64,000 nucleotides of DNA, from contig JAXGZN010000002.1 in assembly GCA_040776945.1 (NCBI GenBank), positions 995,393 to 1,059,392 of the forward strand. The letters are read 5' to 3'. The position numbers and the translations under genes are program-made. The stretch is from Methanomassiliicoccaceae archaeon (GTDB lineage Archaea > Thermoplasmatota > Thermoplasmata > Methanomassiliicoccales > Methanomassiliicoccaceae). Under the pieces are notes generated by a model, which was not told where the DNA came from, did no database searches, and was given only the letters and a program-made list of their open reading frames with translations. Of this stretch, positions 59,117 through 64,000 are shown in pieces; the first letter of the stretch is position 1, and every line of letters begins with the position of its first letter.

Positions 59117-59347
59117 CTACCCGCGCAGACCGGCCATCAGCTCGTTCAGCGCGTCAGTGTCGAACCTGCCGTTCACGTTCACGTAGCGGACATAGTACCT
59201 TTCGCCCCTGAGGTCCCGGCCGATGATGTCCTGCGCCTCTCGGACCAGCAGGTCCATGCTAGAGGCCCTGACGGTCCACTGTGAGCCGTTGGCGACCTCC
59301 ACCAGCGCCTCGAGGTCGCATCCGTCGTACTTTCCTCGACCCATCAT
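59117..59347 (-). CDS. Hypothetical protein, 76 aa
   Basis: GGTGAG upstream; MMGRGKYDGCDLEALVEV... Confidence 0.55.
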   Translation of the reverse strand: MMGRGKYDGCDLEALVEVANGSQWTVRASSMDLLVREAQDIIGRDLRGERYYVRYVNVNGRFDTDALNELMAGLRG

Positions 59348-60092
59348 CTCACCGCGCAGGAATGGGCGGCAGGATATTTCATTGTGACCGGGGGGCGAAG
59401 CATGCTGCCGGAGCGGGCGATGGGGGAGGTTCAAGCCTCCTGTTGCACGAGCCGTACCTGATATGGGTGTTCTGCGGGCGGTGTGCGAACGTTCACCTGC
59501 CGCCTTGGCATTCGCCCGGCGCGACCGACCGTGGCGCAATATCTCAAGGCGAGGAAAGTGCACTTGGCCAGCAAGGGCATATCTTCCGTCGCCCTCGTCC
59601 TCCAAGACCGGCACAAGACATAAGGCAGATTTTTCTCCGCAAACGCCTTCTACATAATGAAGTCTAAGGTGGTGCAGACATCGGTGTCAAATTCCGCATC
59701 AGGACTTCCGCTCGACCTACGCGCAGATGAGCATCGATCGCGATCCTGGCCTCCTACCGGACGTGTCCGAGTTCATGGGACACGTTGCGACCAAGACGAA
59801 CGAAGAGCATTTGGCCGCATCAAGGACCAAGCCGCCTTCCTTTGAGTCGAAAGGGCGTGGGTGATACCGCGTTCATTTTGAGCCGAGATAAGTCGATAGT
59901 TTGTGCCGCCCATTCATGGCTCGGGCTATCCCGAACACCATGAAAAACAGTCGAAATCAATATTGGAAGGCGATAAAATTGAACGGTCTAGCACAGCCTT
60001 TATCGGGCCTTTAACACGGTGATCGAAAGGAACCGTGCTACAACGTAGTTAGGGACAATTGCTCGCCATTACTCCTACCCCAGAAAAATTAG

Positions 60093-60202
60093 TGCGAGGG
60101 GCCGGATTTGAACCGACGAACCTCTTCAGGAACAGATCTTGAGTCTGTCGCCTTTGGCCGATGATTTAAAAATCACCATTGACCTGGCTTGGCTACCCTC
60201 GC
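60093..60202 (-). tRNA. tRNA-Leu(CAA) with 25-nt non-canonical intron in the D-loop (60154-60178)
   Basis: Acceptor GCGAGGG/CCCTCGC+A, anticodon arm ACAGA-CTCAAGA-TCTGT, long variable arm, T-arm GTCGG-TTCAAAT-CCGGC; mature length 85 nt. Confidence 0.93.
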
Positions 60203-60227
60203 GTTGCGACTCGTTAAGCCCCAGCCC

Positions 60228-60235
60228 TTATTAAA
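60228..60235 (-). promoter_or_regulatory. TATA box of tRNA-Leu gene
   Basis: TTTAATAA 26-33 nt upstream of the tRNA 5' end. Confidence 0.65.
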
Positions 60236-60459
60236 TCTTCCCAATCCGCGGGGCCATCTGACCACGTTCCGCTTTACCGAAATGACGTTCGGAATTATTA
60301 TGAGGCCATCATTATCTACAGGCAAGTATTTTATATTGATAATAAGATTCTGGAGCGCCTGACGGAACAGGTGAGGGGAGGGATGCGTGACGCCTCACCA
60401 TTTCCTCCGTATTCGAACCACCCTAGATTTGAAAGACCAGAGGCGAGATGCCCTTCCCC

Positions 60460-61359
60460 TCAAACATCCAACCGCGTGGTTATCTCGCCCTTGCCGCCTA
60501 TAATCACGACGGTATGCTCGGCCTGAGAGACCATTCCTCCCTTGATCTCTGACAGCACCGGGTACGCGAACAGTATGCCGTGCCTGACCATGGTCCGCAG
60601 GTGCGCCGGGGCCTTCGGATCGATCGCCGTGCACCATCGCTCGCAGAACGGCAGGCCTTTGAACTCCTCCTTGATCTTCGAGAACAAGCGGTTCGCGTCG
60701 GCGTCCTTGACCTCACGGTCCCTGAGAATGCGATAGATGTTGCCCGGCTTGCCGTTGCGGACCTCGCCCGCCCCGTTGGTGGCGAACGGCTCTATCGCGA
60801 GCATCATGTCGTTGCGCAGCCTCGTGACGTTCCCATCATCGTAATTGGCGACGGTGAGCCCGGCATGCAGGTTGTAGCAATTGAGGCCGTGGCCGGTGAG
60901 GTTGGTCACCGGGACGAACCCCTCGCTGTTGATGGCCCTCTCGATGGCCCCTCCGATGGAGCCGATCTGCACGCCCTCCCCGACCATCTCGGTGGCGAAG
61001 GAAAGCGCCTTGACCGATGCGTTGATCAGGTTCGTCCAGTTCCTGGTACGGACCTCGACGGTCTTGGCGGTGTCCCCGATGTACCCATCTACTTGCGCGC
61101 CGACATCGACCTTGACCAGGTCGCCCCTCTTGAAGGTCAGCTTGTCCGTCGAGCTTGGAGTATAGTGCGCGGCGGCATCGTTGATGCTTAGGTTGGTAGG
61201 GAACGCCGGCCTCGCGCCCTTTCGCACTATAAATGCCTCTACTTCGGCGGCGACATCGAGTAGCTTCACTCCCTCGTCCACCATGTTGGCACCCAGTTCC
61301 CTGGCCTCCGCGGCTATGGCGCCGGCACGCCTAACTTTCTCGAGGGTCTCCTCATTCAT
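60460..61359 (-). CDS. map: Methionine aminopeptidase type II
   Basis: AFPTNLSINDAAAHYTP, KVDVGAQVDGYIGDTA, NLTGH, IEPFAT, QAEHT. Confidence 0.96.
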   Translation of the reverse strand: MNEETLEKVRRAGAIAAEARELGANMVDEGVKLLDVAAEVEAFIVRKGARPAFPTNLSINDAAAHYTPSSTDKLTFKRGDLVKVDVGAQVDGYIGDTAKTVEVRTRNWTNLINASVKALSFATEMVGEGVQIGSIGGAIERAINSEGFVPVTNLTGHGLNCYNLHAGLTVANYDDGNVTRLRNDMMLAIEPFATNGAGEVRNGKPGNIYRILRDREVKDADANRLFSKIKEEFKGLPFCERWCTAIDPKAPAHLRTMVRHGILFAYPVLSEIKGGMVSQAEHTVVIIGGKGEITTRLDV

Positions 61360-61996
61360 TCAATGCCGCCTTTATCGTCTCCGGCGACAGGGCGCCTTGC
61401 CGGATGAGAGTTATTTCCTGATCTGTGAGCTGAACTATCGTTGATGGCTTTCCCACGGCCGTCGGACCGCCATCCAGGTAGATGCTGACCGAGGGCCCCA
61501 GATCGGCAACCGCCTCATCGCAGGTTCTCGGATTACCATGAGAGTGCACGTTGGCAGAGGTGGTGACCAGAGGGCCGAACTCCTCGATGAGCTTCATCGC
61601 CACAGGGTTGTCCGGGATCCTAAGCCCGATCTCATTGGTCGAGGCGGTAAGGATGTCCGGCACGTTCGGCCGCTTGGTGACGATTATGGTCAGAGGTCCA
61701 GGCATGAACCTCTTGACAAGCAGGCGAGAGCGCTCGTCCAGGATGGCGATCTCCTCCATCATCCGGAGGTCCTTGACCATGATGGACATGGCCATATCGA
61801 ACGGCCGACGCTTTGCCATATAGATGCGCTTGATCGCCGTTTCATCGAAAGGGTCACAGCCTAGCCCGTAAACGGTATCGGTAGGATAGACGATGAGCCT
61901 CCCAGCGGACAGCTCGGATACGATCTGCTTCAACTTCGATTCCGGGATGGCAAGCACCCCGTCCCTCAGCTCGCACTTGATTATCTCCATCGTCAT
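61352..61996 (-). CDS. sua5: L-threonylcarbamoyladenylate synthase (Sua5/TsaC, single-domain form)
   Basis: YPTDTVYGLG, KRR, PGPLT, TTSAN, PSTIV; start 61996 or 61990. Confidence 0.93.
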   Translation of the reverse strand: MTMEIIKCELRDGVLAIPESKLKQIVSELSAGRLIVYPTDTVYGLGCDPFDETAIKRIYMAKRRPFDMAMSIMVKDLRMMEEIAILDERSRLLVKRFMPGPLTIIVTKRPNVPDILTASTNEIGLRIPDNPVAMKLIEEFGPLVTTSANVHSHGNPRTCDEAVADLGPSVSIYLDGGPTAVGKPSTIVQLTDQEITLIRQGALSPETIKAALNE

Positions 61997-62631
61997 TCCC
62001 CTAGATATCTCAAAGCGTCTTTGATCTGTGAAAGCGCATCCCCGATAGCGCATGGGCCATGACCTGGATACAGGTCCGCAGGCTCAAGGGCAAGAAGCGA
62101 GCGCACCGATGCGATCAGTTCCTGCAAATTACCGGTGGCGAGGTCCCAGCGACCGACCCCTCCGGCGAAGACCGTGTCCCCGGACAGGAGGATCCTATGC
62201 TCTCGATCGTAGAGGCAGATCCCTCCCGCGGTGTGGCCTGGAGTATGGATTACCTCAAGATCGTGATCTCCGGTGGTGAAGGTTTCCCCCCCTATAAGGT
62301 TCTGCACGCTCGCAGCCTCCATCCTGCGCATGAACATCAAGGCCTCGGTGCCCTTGGAGGACCCCTCGCGGATGACCCCGGCATCATCCTGGTGAGCGAA
62401 CAGAGGCGCGCCCAGGTCCCTGGAGAGGGCGGCCGCTCCTCCCACATGGTCATAGTGCCGGTGGGTAAGGACTATCCCTTGGACCTTCCTGTCGCCGATG
62501 ATCTTCCTTATCTTGTCCACTGTTCGGGCGTGATGCTCCCCAGTGCCCGCGTCCACTATTAGGGGACGGCTCCCCGTTATGACAAAAATATTACAATCAT
62601 AACCGACACCTGGCAACATGTGAACGGCCAT
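61993..62631 (-). CDS. MBL-fold metallo-hydrolase
   Basis: THRHYDH, HTPGHT, SGDTVF, PGHG. Confidence 0.92.
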   Translation of the reverse strand: MAVHMLPGVGYDCNIFVITGSRPLIVDAGTGEHHARTVDKIRKIIGDRKVQGIVLTHRHYDHVGGAAALSRDLGAPLFAHQDDAGVIREGSSKGTEALMFMRRMEAASVQNLIGGETFTTGDHDLEVIHTPGHTAGGICLYDREHRILLSGDTVFAGGVGRWDLATGNLQELIASVRSLLALEPADLYPGHGPCAIGDALSQIKDALRYLGE

Positions 62632-63260
62632 TCGTGTTAGCGAAGTTTCAAGTTCTATTTAGTCTTTCCTAGAAATGATAATTTTCTTGGAATTCTTCTC
62701 CAACCAGGTGATGAGCATCGGTCCGGGATTTCTAAGGAAGAGGGGTCTCCAGGGGCGGCTGGAGCTGTTCTCGGCGGCTTTGAGGCATGGGGCCGGCTGC
62801 GCCACTCTAGGTTTCGAAGTGATCTTGAACGTCTCCCTAGGATGATACGGCCGCTCACATCCTCATGCGCACAAATGGTTTGAGCGGCCATATCCCCTTC
62901 TCGCTCGTCCATCGGCTTAGGGGTCCGGCATAGCTCGATCGTCGTTCTGTCCCGCTAGCTGGAACGTGAGACGGGGTTCACCGAAACCACCTGGTCGGCC
63001 TTGGAGGAGAAGAAAGACGATTGGACCTGGCGGACCGTGGAAGCATAAGGTTCAAGCTTAATTGAGCCCATGCTCCAGCGGACGGCAGCCCTCTCATTAT
63101 ACTATATCTACTATGCGTCGGACGTACTGCGGTGATGTTTTTTGATCCACGTAGGTCTGGACAAAAGATATATTGCCAACTTCCGTCAATAGGACCTTCT
63201 TGCCAATAGGGCGGGACACTAAGATGGACCTTGCTATATATGGCAATAAACAGCTAAGAT

Positions 63261-63461
63261 AAAGTATAAATATGAGAGCGCCTTAGCTGGAAAAGCCCGA
63301 TACGGAGGAAATGTATCGGGCATAGGCTCTGACCTATACAACTGGCACGTGTCTACAATGGCGCGTGACGGGGCAGAACCCCCCTCCAAATGCTTATATA
63401 CAATAAGCGCTTAGGTGGGAAAGCCCGGAACTCAAGCGGTTTCGGAGCGATAGGATCTGCC
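63261..63461 (+). promoter_or_regulatory. Tandem duplicated rRNA promoter modules
   Basis: TATAAATA...gcgccttagctggaaaagccc-hairpin-ataggctctg and TTATATA...gcgcttaggtgggaaagccc-hairpin-ataggatctg, about 130 bp apart. Confidence 0.65.
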
Positions 63462-63666
63462 ACCATGGCAACCTATTAATACCCCTTCGAACATGAAGGG
63501 GAGCTGCGGTCGAGGCAATTATCGACCACAACATTTGACTTTGATGCACCCGGAAAGAGACCCTTTTCGGGGAAGTGGAGGAGAATGGCGGGATTTGGAA
63601 GAGGTCCCGCGTTTGATGATCTCAATCATATGCAATTCGGACGTGTGTTAAGCCGACACAAGTAGC

Positions 63667-64000
63667 GGCATGCTACGTCGTATGGGGAATGGCTCGGCTC
63701 GAGCGCCGATGAAGGTCGTGTCAAGCTGCGATATGCGCCGGGTAGTTGCAAGAAGACTATGATCCGGTGACCGCCGAATGGGACTTCCTATTCTTCGGAA
63801 TGTTGAGTAATCAACGGGAACGCGGGGGATCGAAACATCCTAGTACCCGCAGGAAAAGAAATCAATGAGATGCCGTCAGTAAAGGCGATCGAACGCGGCA
63901 CAGAGCAAACCGAATCCCTCATAGAAATGTGAGGGAGTTGTGGTGTAGTGGACCCAGATACATCTTCGCTGGTCAACCTGAAGTTGCCTGGAAAGGCATA
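63667..64000 (+). rRNA. rrl: 23S rRNA, 5' portion (runs off window; 5' end approximate)
   Basis: ggctcggctc...gccgatgaagg, caagctgcgata, ccgaatggga, gaaacatcctagtacccgcaggaaaagaaatcaa, agtaaaggcgatcgaacgcgg are LSU domain I hallmarks. Confidence 0.95.

Noticed and set aside
59348-60092. Lower-GC gap downstream of tRNA-Leu as a mobile-element remnant
   Set aside because: No terminal repeats, transposase or integrase fragments recognisable by eye

Overview
GC-rich archaeal chromosome segment, most likely a Methanomassiliicoccales-like Thermoplasmatota methanogen. This is inferred from the Tes-ferredoxin-GGR lipid operon, mevalonate kinase, DUF2769-like proteins and a 23S rRNA gene with no 16S directly upstream. 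Layout: ether-lipid genes (1-3.8 kb); housekeeping, transport and surface genes (4-16 kb); an archaellum operon arlB-C-F-G-H-I-J converging on a chemotaxis operon with a soluble Cys-PAS chemoreceptor and no recognisable cheF (17-34 kb); TrmB/MMPL and an ABC exporter (34-43 kb); an accessory-looking region (43-60 kb); then tRNA-Leu(CAA) with a 25-nt BHB intron in the D-loop, map, sua5/tsaC, an MBL hydrolase and the 5' end of 23S rRNA behind duplicated promoter modules. The accessory region holds a GH3-like ligase, a module of two 10-Cys proteins plus two GSDH-like propellers, homospermidine synthase, and an orphan PriS-like primase-polymerase with an extra C-terminal domain flanked by a DUF5710-like gene and a HEAT-repeat gene. 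Best novelty candidates: the primase-polymerase module, the D-loop tRNA intron, the 10-Cys/GSDH module and the cheF-less motility system. All family calls come from reading motifs by eye; no searches were run.
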